Origin: Fibrobacter sp. | GTDB lineage: Bacteria > Fibrobacterota > Fibrobacteria > Fibrobacterales > Fibrobacteraceae | Direction of reading: 5' to 3' | Length of the DNA: 64,000 nt | Assembly: GCF_045601785.1 (NCBI RefSeq) | Contig: NZ_JAZSAF010000048.1 | Location: 729-64,728 of the forward strand | Shown here: positions 11,902-19,673 of the stretch, in pieces | Layout of the letters: each line of letters begins with the position of its first letter | Position numbering within the stretch: position 1 is the first letter of the stretch | Notes under the pieces: generated by a model | What the model was told of the DNA's origin: nothing | The model's database searches: none | Seen by the model: only the letters and a program-made list of their open reading frames with translations | Made by a program: the position numbers and the translations under genes

Positions 11902-13239
11902 ATGAAAAAGTTTTTGAAAATTTTCATCATCCTCTTGATTCTTGGCGCTATCGCTTATGGCGTCAAGATGTTCTTTTTTTCGGCGAGTGCCGAAAATGCC
12001 GCGGGCCCGCTCGTGAGCGTGAAGGTCACGCAGACCACGATTTCGACTACCATTTCGGCAACCGGTACTCTGGAACCCGTCGACCAGGTGGAAGTGGGTA
12101 CGCAGGTTTCGGGCGACATTGCGAAAATCAACGTCGATTTCAATTCCAAGGTCAAGAAGGGCCAGGTCATCGCCGAACTGGACAAGTCGAAGCTCAAGGC
12201 CACGCTCGCGCAGACCGAAATTGCCTACAAGTCGGCAGAAAACGATTTTAAGTACAAGGAATCGACCTACAACCGCGTCAAGAAACTTTCTGAAAGTAAT
12301 TCCGCAAGCGCCGTGGAACTTGAAACTGCTGAATACAATATGAATTCGGCAAAACTCTCCGTTGAACGCAGCGAAAACGAAGTCAACCAGGCGCGTCTCA
12401 ACCTGAGCTACGCCACCATCAAGAGTCCTATTGACGGCGTGGTTTTAAAGCGCGCGGTAGAAGTCGGCCAGACTGTGGCCGCCTCCATGAGTACTCCTAC
12501 TTTGTTTGTAATCGCAAAAGACTTGAGCCAAATGAAGGTCATGGCCGATGTGGACGAAGCGGACATCGGTCAGGTCAAGCAAGGCCAAAAGGTGACCTTT
12601 ACGGTCGATGCCTTCCAGAACGATACCTTTAACGGAACGGTGCAAGAGGTTCGCCTGAACCCCACAACCACGAGCAACGTGGTGACATACACCGTGGTAA
12701 TTACCGCCGAGAACCCGGAACAGAAGTTGCTCCCGGGCATGACGGCGACTTGCACCATCGTGACCCAAGAAATCACCGATGCCATCGCGATTCCGGTGAA
12801 GGCGCTCAAGTTCACGCCCGCCGACGGCACCCCGATGGCAGAACCTCCCAAGGGCATGCGCCCGCCGCACGGCGAATCCGGCGACAGTTCCTCGGTGAAA
12901 GATGGCCTCGCCAATGCGAATTTTAACGCCGGCGATTTCCCGAAAGGCGACTTTAAAAAGGGCAATTTCCCGCCCCCCGGCAGTTTCCCCAAATCCTTCA
13001 AAAAACGCCCCGACGGCAAAAAGCCGAGCGGGAACCTGGTGTGGGTAAACATCGACGGCAAGGCGGCGCCTCGCCGTGTCAAGACAGGCATCAGCGACGG
13101 CGTGAACATTCAGATTCTCAAGGGCCTTTCTGTGGGCGATTCCGTGGTCGTAAGTCAAGAAACGGTGACTGCCACCAAGGAAAAGTCTGCGGCCAGCAGC
13201 CCCTTCATGCCCACTCCACCGGGTAAAAAGAAAAAGTAA
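11902..13239 (+). CDS. MacA/HlyD-type periplasmic adaptor (efflux membrane fusion protein)
   Basis: N-terminal TM helix, VEVGTQVSG, IKSPIDGVV and VDEADIG motifs. Confidence 0.88.
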   Translation: MKKFLKIFIILLILGAIAYGVKMFFFSASAENAAGPLVSVKVTQTTISTTISATGTLEPVDQVEVGTQVSGDIAKINVDFNSKVKKGQVIAELDKSKLKATLAQTEIAYKSAENDFKYKESTYNRVKKLSESNSASAVELETAEYNMNSAKLSVERSENEVNQARLNLSYATIKSPIDGVVLKRAVEVGQTVAASMSTPTLFVIAKDLSQMKVMADVDEADIGQVKQGQKVTFTVDAFQNDTFNGTVQEVRLNPTTTSNVVTYTVVITAENPEQKLLPGMTATCTIVTQEITDAIAIPVKALKFTPADGTPMAEPPKGMRPPHGESGDSSSVKDGLANANFNAGDFPKGDFKKGNFPPPGSFPKSFKKRPDGKKPSGNLVWVNIDGKAAPRRVKTGISDGVNIQILKGLSVGDSVVVSQETVTATKEKSAASSPFMPTPPGKKKK

Positions 13240-13271
13240 ACGCAAACTTTAACCGGGATACTCGTCAAATA

Positions 13272-13300
13272 TTGACTTGTATCCCTGTTTTTACTAAATT
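13272..13300 (+). promoter_or_regulatory. Sigma70-like promoter TTGACT-N17-TAAATT for the yceD-rpmF-plsX unit
   Basis: Read directly; 9 nt upstream of the TTG start. Confidence 0.65.
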
Positions 13301-13309
13301 TGGGCTACT

Positions 13310-13825
13310 TTGAGATTAGATATCGCACAAAAACTTACTGATTCCGAAGACCGCCGGGTGGTCTGGTCCCGCTCCGATGCCCCCGAGATCTTCGACGAAC
13401 TGCACCTCAAGGGCGACCTGGTAGCCGAGGTGTTGGTAAGCCCCGAAGGCGAAAGCAAGTGTCTTGTGACAGGATCGATCTCCGGAGTGCAAACTCTGAC
13501 CTGCTCCCGTACCCTGGAACCGTTCGACCGCCCGTTTTCGACCGAAATCGTGGCGGAAGTGACCCGCACCGGGGTTTCGCAACAGGAACTCGATGAAGAC
13601 GATGTAGACGTTTTCGCCTACCGAATTCCCCTGGGGCAGAGCTTCGTGGACCTTTCCGAGTGCATCCGACAGCTGGTTATTCTACAGGAACCGCAAGCGC
13701 CCGTGAAAAATCCTGACGAAGATTTTATCTTTGTATCAAACAAACCCGCCGACGAGGTGCCCCAAACCGACCCTCGTTGGGACAAACTCAAGGCTCTTAA
13801 GAGCAAAATGGAAAATAGGAGTTAA
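13310..13825 (+). CDS. yceD: YceD/DUF177 family protein
   Basis: CSRTLEPF, IDL/VDLSECIRQ and DPRWDKLKAL motifs; canonical position upstream of rpmF. Confidence 0.85.
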   Translation: MRLDIAQKLTDSEDRRVVWSRSDAPEIFDELHLKGDLVAEVLVSPEGESKCLVTGSISGVQTLTCSRTLEPFDRPFSTEIVAEVTRTGVSQQELDEDDVDVFAYRIPLGQSFVDLSECIRQLVILQEPQAPVKNPDEDFIFVSNKPADEVPQTDPRWDKLKALKSKMENRS

Positions 13826-13827
13826 AA

Positions 13828-14016
13828 ATGGCAGTACCTAAAAGAAAAACCTCGACCGCCCGTCGTGACAAGCGTCGCACCCACTGGAAGATGGAAGTGC
13901 CCGCTATGGCTACCTGCGATCATTGCGGTTCCGTGAAGCGCCCGCACCGCGTGTGCCCGGTTTGCGGCTACTACAATGGTGTCGAAGTGATCAACATGAA
14001 GGATGCCGAAGCCTAA
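13828..14016 (+). CDS. rpmF: 50S ribosomal protein L32 (zinc-ribbon form)
   Basis: MAVPKRKTSTARRDKRR; CDHC...CPVCGYY. Confidence 0.97.
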   Translation: MAVPKRKTSTARRDKRRTHWKMEVPAMATCDHCGSVKRPHRVCPVCGYYNGVEVINMKDAEA

Positions 14017-14047
14017 TTAACGGTTCTACTGTTGTAAGGAGATGTCC

Positions 14048-15031
14048 ATGGTTAAAGTTGCTCTTGATGCTCTCGGTGGCGATTTCGCCCCAGACGTAGT
14101 AATTGAAGGTGCGGTTAACGCCGTCAACAAGAACGAAAACCTGCATGTGGTTCTGTGCGGACCGGAGGCCGAGGTCAAGGCTAAGCTTGAAAAGCTTGGC
14201 TATGCTGGCAAAGGCATTTCCGTGGTCGATGCACCGGACCCTGTGGCCATGGACGAACACCCTGTACAGGTTCTCAAGACGAAGCCCCATTCTGGCTTGG
14301 TGACCTGCGTCGCCTTGCAGAAGAAGGGTATGGTAGATGCCTCCGTGAGTGCCGGTAACTCCGGCGCCATGATGGCCAGCTGCCTTATGCTCTTGGGCCG
14401 TACTACAGACAAATTCAGCCGTCCGCCTATCGGCTGCGTGATTCCGACCGCCGACCGCCCGATCATTCTGGTCGATGCCGGTGCAAACGTCGACGAACGC
14501 GCTGCTACCCTGGTGGATTTCGCCATTGCAGGTTCCGCTTTCGCCGAGACCTACTTCGGTTACGAAAACCCGAAGGTTGGCCTCCTCAATATGGGCGAAG
14601 AAGAACACAAGGGCCCGGCTGTACTGCAGGAAGCTCACCAGCTTCTGAAGTCCGCTCCGGTAAACTTTATCGGTAACATCGAAGGCGAAACCCTTATCGA
14701 AGGTGTCGCCGACGTGGTCGTGACTTCTGGCTTTACGGGTAACGTGGTTCTGAAGATGCTCGAAGGCTTCTACGAACTGCACAAGAAGATGTTCGGTGTT
14801 ATCGATACCCCGAACGGCCGCCGCTTCGACGAAATGTGGGACTACCGCATGACGGGTGGCGCTCTTCTCCTCGGCTTGAACGGCACGGGCATTATCGCTC
14901 ACGGTCGTTCCGATGCTCTCGCTATCGAAAAGGCTGTGGAAGTGGCTGCCAAGTACGCCGAAAAGGGTGTGTCCAAGAATGTGAACGAACGCCTGCTCGC
15001 AATCAAGGACGATTCCTCCGAAGCAAAGTAA
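14048..15031 (+). CDS. plsX: Phosphate acyltransferase PlsX
   Basis: VALDALGGDFAP, SAGNSGA, LLNMGEEEHKG and GNIEG motifs. Start placed at ATG 14048 by spacing from AGGAG. Confidence 0.95.
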   Translation: MVKVALDALGGDFAPDVVIEGAVNAVNKNENLHVVLCGPEAEVKAKLEKLGYAGKGISVVDAPDPVAMDEHPVQVLKTKPHSGLVTCVALQKKGMVDASVSAGNSGAMMASCLMLLGRTTDKFSRPPIGCVIPTADRPIILVDAGANVDERAATLVDFAIAGSAFAETYFGYENPKVGLLNMGEEEHKGPAVLQEAHQLLKSAPVNFIGNIEGETLIEGVADVVVTSGFTGNVVLKMLEGFYELHKKMFGVIDTPNGRRFDEMWDYRMTGGALLLGLNGTGIIAHGRSDALAIEKAVEVAAKYAEKGVSKNVNERLLAIKDDSSEAK

Positions 15032-15053
15032 CGCTAATTTGTGCGAAATTTAA

Positions 15054-15089
15054 GGCGGAGCCTGCGGTTTGCAGGTTCCGTCCTTTTTT
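15054..15089 (+). terminator. Rho-independent terminator after plsX
   Basis: GGCGGAGCCTGC/GCAGGTTCCGTC stem followed by T6. Confidence 0.75.
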
Positions 15090-15264
15090 ATTTTGCTTTT
15101 ATAACAGGGGCGTCTTTGAATTGACCTTACAAAAACGCGTTGAAAATCTTTCATTTACAATTTCTTGTATACAGGGGCAGGCAATCCGATGACGCCGGCC
15201 CTTATTTTCTAAATTGTAGCGCGAAACAATAAAAGTGCGGTCTAGCCGCAGAGGTATGTATATA

Positions 15265-16185
15265 ATGTCTAAGACGATTTTGCTTTTCCCCGGCCAGGGT
15301 GCCCAGTACGTGGGCATGGGCCAGACCCTCGCTTCTACTTTTGAACCGGCCAAGAAGCTCATGATGCAGGCCGACGAAATTCTCGGTTTTTCGCTTTCCA
15401 AGCTCATGGCCGAAGGTCCCGAAGACGTTCTGAAGAGCACCGACAACACGCAGCCGGCTTTGTTTACCGTGTCTGCCATGGTGATGGAACTCCTCAAGTC
15501 CGAAGGTTTTGCTTTTGACTACGTGGCGGGCCACTCCCTCGGTGAATACTCCGCCATTTACGCTGCCGGCGGCTTCAGCTTCGAAGAAGGCCTCCGTTTG
15601 GTGCGTACCCGTGGTGAACTCATGGCATCTGCCGGTTCCAAGAATCCGGGTGCCATGGCCGCTATCATGGGCCAGGACGAAGCCAAGATTCTTGAACTTT
15701 GCGAAGCCGTGAAGGCCGAAGGTGTCGTGGTTCCGGCCAACATCAACTGCCCGGGCCAGATCGTGGTGTCCGGTGCGGTCGCCGGCGTGAACAAGCTGGT
15801 CGAAAACTGCGCTGCCGCAGGCATCAAGGCCATTCCGCTCGCCGTGTCTGGCGCCTTCCACAGCCCGCTCATGCAGTTCGCTCAGGCAGGCCTTGCCGAA
15901 GCAATCGCCAAGACCAAGTTCAACGATGTCGAAAAGCCGGTCATTGCCAATGTGATTGCCGAACCGGTCACCAAGGGCTCCGAAATTGCCGACCTCCTGG
16001 TGCGCCAACTGGTGTCTCCGGTCCGCTGGAATGATTGCATGAACAAGGCCATGTCCCTGGGCGTGACGCAGGGGGTCGAAGTGGGTTCCGGCAAGGTGCT
16101 TATGGGCCTCATGCGCAAGATCAGCCGCGACGTGAAGGTCACTCCGGTCGAAACCATCGAGGCTTTCCAGGCATTGAGGGGGTAA
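15265..16185 (+). CDS. fabD: Malonyl-CoA:ACP transacylase
   Basis: LFPGQGAQYVGM, GHSLGEY and VSGAFHS motifs. Confidence 0.96.
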   Translation: MSKTILLFPGQGAQYVGMGQTLASTFEPAKKLMMQADEILGFSLSKLMAEGPEDVLKSTDNTQPALFTVSAMVMELLKSEGFAFDYVAGHSLGEYSAIYAAGGFSFEEGLRLVRTRGELMASAGSKNPGAMAAIMGQDEAKILELCEAVKAEGVVVPANINCPGQIVVSGAVAGVNKLVENCAAAGIKAIPLAVSGAFHSPLMQFAQAGLAEAIAKTKFNDVEKPVIANVIAEPVTKGSEIADLLVRQLVSPVRWNDCMNKAMSLGVTQGVEVGSGKVLMGLMRKISRDVKVTPVETIEAFQALRG

Positions 16186-16312
16186 TGAGCAGTGAGCGAT
16201 GAGGTCGCTTCGCTCTGAGCTAAAGTAAGGCGCCGGAGGCGCGATTATAAAAAGCTCAAAGGGGCGTAGCCCCGACCTCATACCTCAAAGTGCGAAGCAC
16301 GACCTCAAAGCT
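16186..16312. repeat. Intergenic composite palindrome, family 2 (CTCA[A/G]AG-stem-CG[A/T]AG-stem-CGACCTCA), copy 1
   Basis: TGAGGTCGCTTCGCTCTGAG at 16200-16219; opposite-orientation units at 16255-16280 and 16284-16307. Confidence 0.7.
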
Positions 16313-16338
16313 ATTAACTACAAACCACAGGATCTACT

Positions 16339-17079
16339 ATGGGTAAACTTACTGGTAAAAAGGCAATTGTGACTGGCGCTTCCCGCGGTATCGGTCTCGC
16401 CATTGCAACCAAGCTCGCCAGCGAAGGCGCTGACGTCGCCATCCTTTCCACCTCGGTCAAGGAAGAATTGGCCGCCAAACTTTCCGCCGAACTTGGGGTG
16501 CAGGTCAAGAGCTATGCTTGCAACGTGGCCGACTCCGAAACGGTGCAGAACGTGTTCAAGCAGATCATTGCTGACATGGGCACGGTCGACATTCTGGTGA
16601 ACAACGCCGGCATTACCCGCGATGGCCTGTTGATGCGCATGAAGGACGAAGACTTCGACGCCGTGATCGCCACGAACCTGCGTTCCGTGTTCCTTTGCAC
16701 CCGCGCTGTCGCCCGCACCATGATGGGCAAGCGTACCGGCCGCATTATCAACATTTCGAGCATTAACGCCCTGCACGGCCAGGCCGGTCAGGCCAACTAC
16801 GCCGCCGCCAAGGCAGGCATTATCGGTATGACCCGCTCCAACGCCATGGAATTTGCCTCTCGCGGCATTACCGTGAACGCCATTGCCCCCGGTTTTATCG
16901 GTACCGACATGACCGCCGCCATGGATGAGGCCACCAAGGAAAAGTATGCCGCCCAGATTCCGCTCGGCCGCATCGGAAAACCCGAAGATATTGCTAACGC
17001 TGCCGCATTTTTGGCGTCCGACGACGCCTGCTACATCACCGGCCAGATTCTTGGCGTCGATGGTGGGTTGAACGCCTAG
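16339..17079 (+). CDS. fabG: 3-oxoacyl-ACP reductase
   Basis: TGASRGIG, NNAGITRD and YAAAKAG SDR motifs, in fab cluster context. Confidence 0.96.
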   Translation: MGKLTGKKAIVTGASRGIGLAIATKLASEGADVAILSTSVKEELAAKLSAELGVQVKSYACNVADSETVQNVFKQIIADMGTVDILVNNAGITRDGLLMRMKDEDFDAVIATNLRSVFLCTRAVARTMMGKRTGRIINISSINALHGQAGQANYAAAKAGIIGMTRSNAMEFASRGITVNAIAPGFIGTDMTAAMDEATKEKYAAQIPLGRIGKPEDIANAAAFLASDDACYITGQILGVDGGLNA

Positions 17080-17130
17080 GCATTTTTTACTAAATTTGAA
17101 CTCAAACAATCAATCCAAATGGAGATTACA

Positions 17131-17370
17131 ATGAACGAAGAAATTTTCAAGAAGGTCACCGCTGTTATCGTTGACAAGCTCGGCGTTAAGGCTGAAGATG
17201 TCAAGCCGGAATCCGAATTCGGTAACGACCTCGGTGCCGACTCCCTCGACCGCGTGGAACTCGTGATGGCCCTCGAAGACGAATTCGAAGTCGAAATCCT
17301 CGACTCCGACGCCGAAAAGTTTGCCAAGGTTGCCGACGTGGTTGCCTTCATCGAAGCTAAGAAGGCTTAA
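17131..17370 (+). CDS. acpP: Acyl carrier protein
   Basis: [20 protein letters not shown] phosphopantetheine site; GGAG precedes ATG 17131. Confidence 0.96.
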   Translation: MNEEIFKKVTAVIVDKLGVKAEDVKPESEFGNDLGADSLDRVELVMALEDEFEVEILDSDAEKFAKVADVVAFIEAKKA

Positions 17371-17399
17371 TTAGCTCGCTTCGAAGACGAAACTGGAAT

Positions 17400-17432
17400 G
17401 GGTGACCCGGCTCGGGTTGCCCTTTTCTTTTT
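17400..17432 (+). terminator. Rho-independent terminator after acpP
   Basis: GGGTGACCCG/CGGGTTGCCC stem followed by a T-rich tail. Confidence 0.7.
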
Positions 17433-17540
17433 GAGCGATGAGGCCGCTCGTAAACTCGCTTTGAGGTCGCTTCGCTTTGGGGTTTGTAGATATCCTCTTA
17501 CCTCAGAGGCGCGTAGCGCCGCCCTCATAGCTCACAGCTA
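17432..17540. repeat. Intergenic composite palindrome, family 2, copy 2
   Basis: TGAGGTCGCTTCGCTTTGGG at 17462-17481; opposite unit CTCAGAG-GCG-CGTAG-CGC-CGCCCTCA at about 17502-17527. Confidence 0.65.
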
Positions 17541-17548
17541 TATTATAC

Positions 17549-18367
17549 ATGGAAAAGAACACTCTACTCCACAAAGTGCTTAAACTCTGGTTTCGCCAGA
17601 AGTCCGACGGCGGGCTTGAGGCGAAGCTCGGGTACCGGTTCAAGGACCCCGAACTGTTGGCGCATGCGCTGGTGCACCGTTCATTCTTGACGGGCACGGA
17701 CATGCCCTACGAGAGCAACAACGAACGCCTGGAATTTTTGGGCGATTCCGTGCTGAACATGCTCACCACCGAATTCCTTTACAAGACTTACCCCGACGAC
17801 CCCGAGGGCGAACTTTCCAAGCGCAAGAGCGCGATTGTTTCGGGACATGCCTGCGCACAGTCGTCCAAGGAATGGAGCCTGAGCGAATACGTGAAGGTAG
17901 GCAAAGCCGAAGAAAAACTCGGCGGCCGCGGCAAAGAAAGCATTCTGGCTGACGCCTACGAAGCGGTTCTTGGCGCGGTCTACCTGGATGGCGGCCTCGA
18001 CGAGGTCCGCGCCATCTTGAATAAGTTCCATTTTCCGCGGGTGCAGGAGATTATTTCTGCCGAAGACTTTATCAACCACAAGAGTGAGCTTTTGGAATAC
18101 CTGCAGGGTAAGCTCCGCACGGTTCCGGAATATGTGGTGGTCGATGAATCGGGCCCAGAACACCAGAAGGTGTTTACCGTCGAAGTCCACGTGGACGGTC
18201 GCGTGTACGGTCGCGGTCAGGGCGGCAACAAGAAGAAGGCCGAACAGGAGGCTTCTCGCGTGTCGCTTGAAATGCTTTTAGCCGAAGCCGCCAAGGCCGA
18301 AGCTGAAAAAGGCCCGGAAGAACCCAAGCCCAAAAAGCAGAAGCAGCGCCACGTCGGTTTGCCGTAG
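17549..18367 (+). CDS. rnc: Ribonuclease III
   Basis: NERLEFLGDSVL signature, LADAYEAVLGAVYLDGG, and a dsRBD (HQKVF.VEV...G.G.NKKKAEQ). Confidence 0.96.
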   Translation: MEKNTLLHKVLKLWFRQKSDGGLEAKLGYRFKDPELLAHALVHRSFLTGTDMPYESNNERLEFLGDSVLNMLTTEFLYKTYPDDPEGELSKRKSAIVSGHACAQSSKEWSLSEYVKVGKAEEKLGGRGKESILADAYEAVLGAVYLDGGLDEVRAILNKFHFPRVQEIISAEDFINHKSELLEYLQGKLRTVPEYVVVDESGPEHQKVFTVEVHVDGRVYGRGQGGNKKKAEQEASRVSLEMLLAEAAKAEAEKGPEEPKPKKQKQRHVGLP

Positions 18368-19640
18368 CCGTTGTTCTCTGCGGCTGTCATGCCGGGCATG
18401 TCCCGGCATCACCACACTTCTCGCAGCTGTCATGCCGGGCATGTCCCGGCATCACCACACTTCTCGCAGCTGTCATGCCGGGCATGTCCCGGCATCACCA
18501 TTTTTTTTTCCCCGCAGCTGTCATGCCGGGCTTGTCCCGGCATCACCTTTTTTTAAGTCCGCAAAGAGGATAGTTGTTCCCGGGATAAACCCGGGAAGAC
18601 AAAATCCGCCGACAGCTTCGTCGATATAGACCTTGATCTGCCATAGCTAACCATTTCTCGCAGCTGTCATGCCGGGCATGTCCCGGCATCACCATTTTTT
18701 GTACATTCTTCCTATGCAATCCTACAACTACTATGTTTATCTGCTAACAACGAGTGACAACTCCGTATTCTACACAGGTGTAACAAATGACTTAGCTCGA
18801 AGGGTTGTAGAGCATAAGGTTCATAGGAATAAAGGTTTTACGAGTAAATACAATGTATCGAAGCTTGTGTATTATGAGTTGTTTTTTAATATTGAAGACG
18901 CTATAAAAAGAGAAAAACAACTGAAAAGGTATCCACGGGTTTGGAAGTGTAACCTTGTGATGTCAAAGAATCCTGAGTGGAATGACTTGTCCGCATCTAT
19001 AGGAATAACTAAAGAAGTCATCGAATCCGCAAAAGGGACCGTTGTTCCCGGGACAAGCCCGGGAAGACAAAATCCGCCGACAGCTTCGTCGATATAGACC
19101 TTGTTCTGCCATAGCTAACCATTTCCCGCAGCTGTCATGCCGGGCTTGTCCCGGCATCACCACACTTCTCGCAGCTGTCATGCCGGGCATGTCCTGGCAT
19201 CACCATTTTTTCCCGCAGCAATAGGAATTACAATGAGCCTGCAAAAGGGACCGTTGTTCCCGGGACAAGCCCGGGAAGACAAAATCCATCCGCAGTTCCG
19301 TCGATATAGACCTTGTCCCGCCGTAGCCGATTGTTCTCTGCGACTGTCATGCCGGGCATGTCCCGGCATCACCACACTTCTCGCAGCTGTCATGCCGGGT
19401 ATGTCCCGGCATCACCATTTTTTAAGTCCGCAAAAGGGACCGTTGTTCCCGGGATAAACCCGGGAAGACAAAATCCGCCGATAGCTTCGTCGATATAGAC
19501 CTTGTTCTGCCATAGCTAACCATTTCCCGCAGCTGTCATGCCGGGCTTGTCCCGGCATCACCATTTTTTTCCCGCAGCAATAGGAATTACATTGAGCCTG
19601 CAAAAGGGACCGTTGTTCCCGGGACAAGCTCGGGAAGACA
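18361..19640. repeat. Mosaic (BIME-like) array of GTC-tagged palindromes around a GIY-YIG gene
   Basis: Type A GTCATGCCGGG(C/T)(A/T)TGTCCCGGCATC at 18386, 18429, 18472, 18520, 18666, 19134, 19177, 19346, 19389 and 19535. Type B GTCTTCCCGGG(T/C)TT(A/G)TCCCGGGAAC on the minus strand at 18576, 19044, 19256, 19445 and 19615. The spacers are repeated, not unique. Confidence 0.95.
18714..19097 (+). CDS. Stand-alone GIY-YIG nuclease family protein (UPF0213/YhbQ-like)
   Basis: YYVYLL...FYTGVTNDLARRVVEH...FT.KY.V.KLVYYE.F..IEDAIKREKQLK...W; AT-rich compared with its flanks. Confidence 0.9.
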   Translation: MQSYNYYVYLLTTSDNSVFYTGVTNDLARRVVEHKVHRNKGFTSKYNVSKLVYYELFFNIEDAIKREKQLKRYPRVWKCNLVMSKNPEWNDLSASIGITKEVIESAKGTVVPGTSPGRQNPPTASSI

Positions 19641-19673
19641 ATCTTTCTGAACAATTTATCTATATTGTTCCGT

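Noticed and set aside
18371-19498. Multiple short MPGMSRHHH ORFs
   Set aside because: Translations of the repeat units. The true GIY-YIG start is ATG 18714, behind a TACATT box.
18361-19640. CRISPR array
   Set aside because: Spacers are repeated rather than unique, repeats occur in both orientations at irregular spacing, and there are no cas genes.
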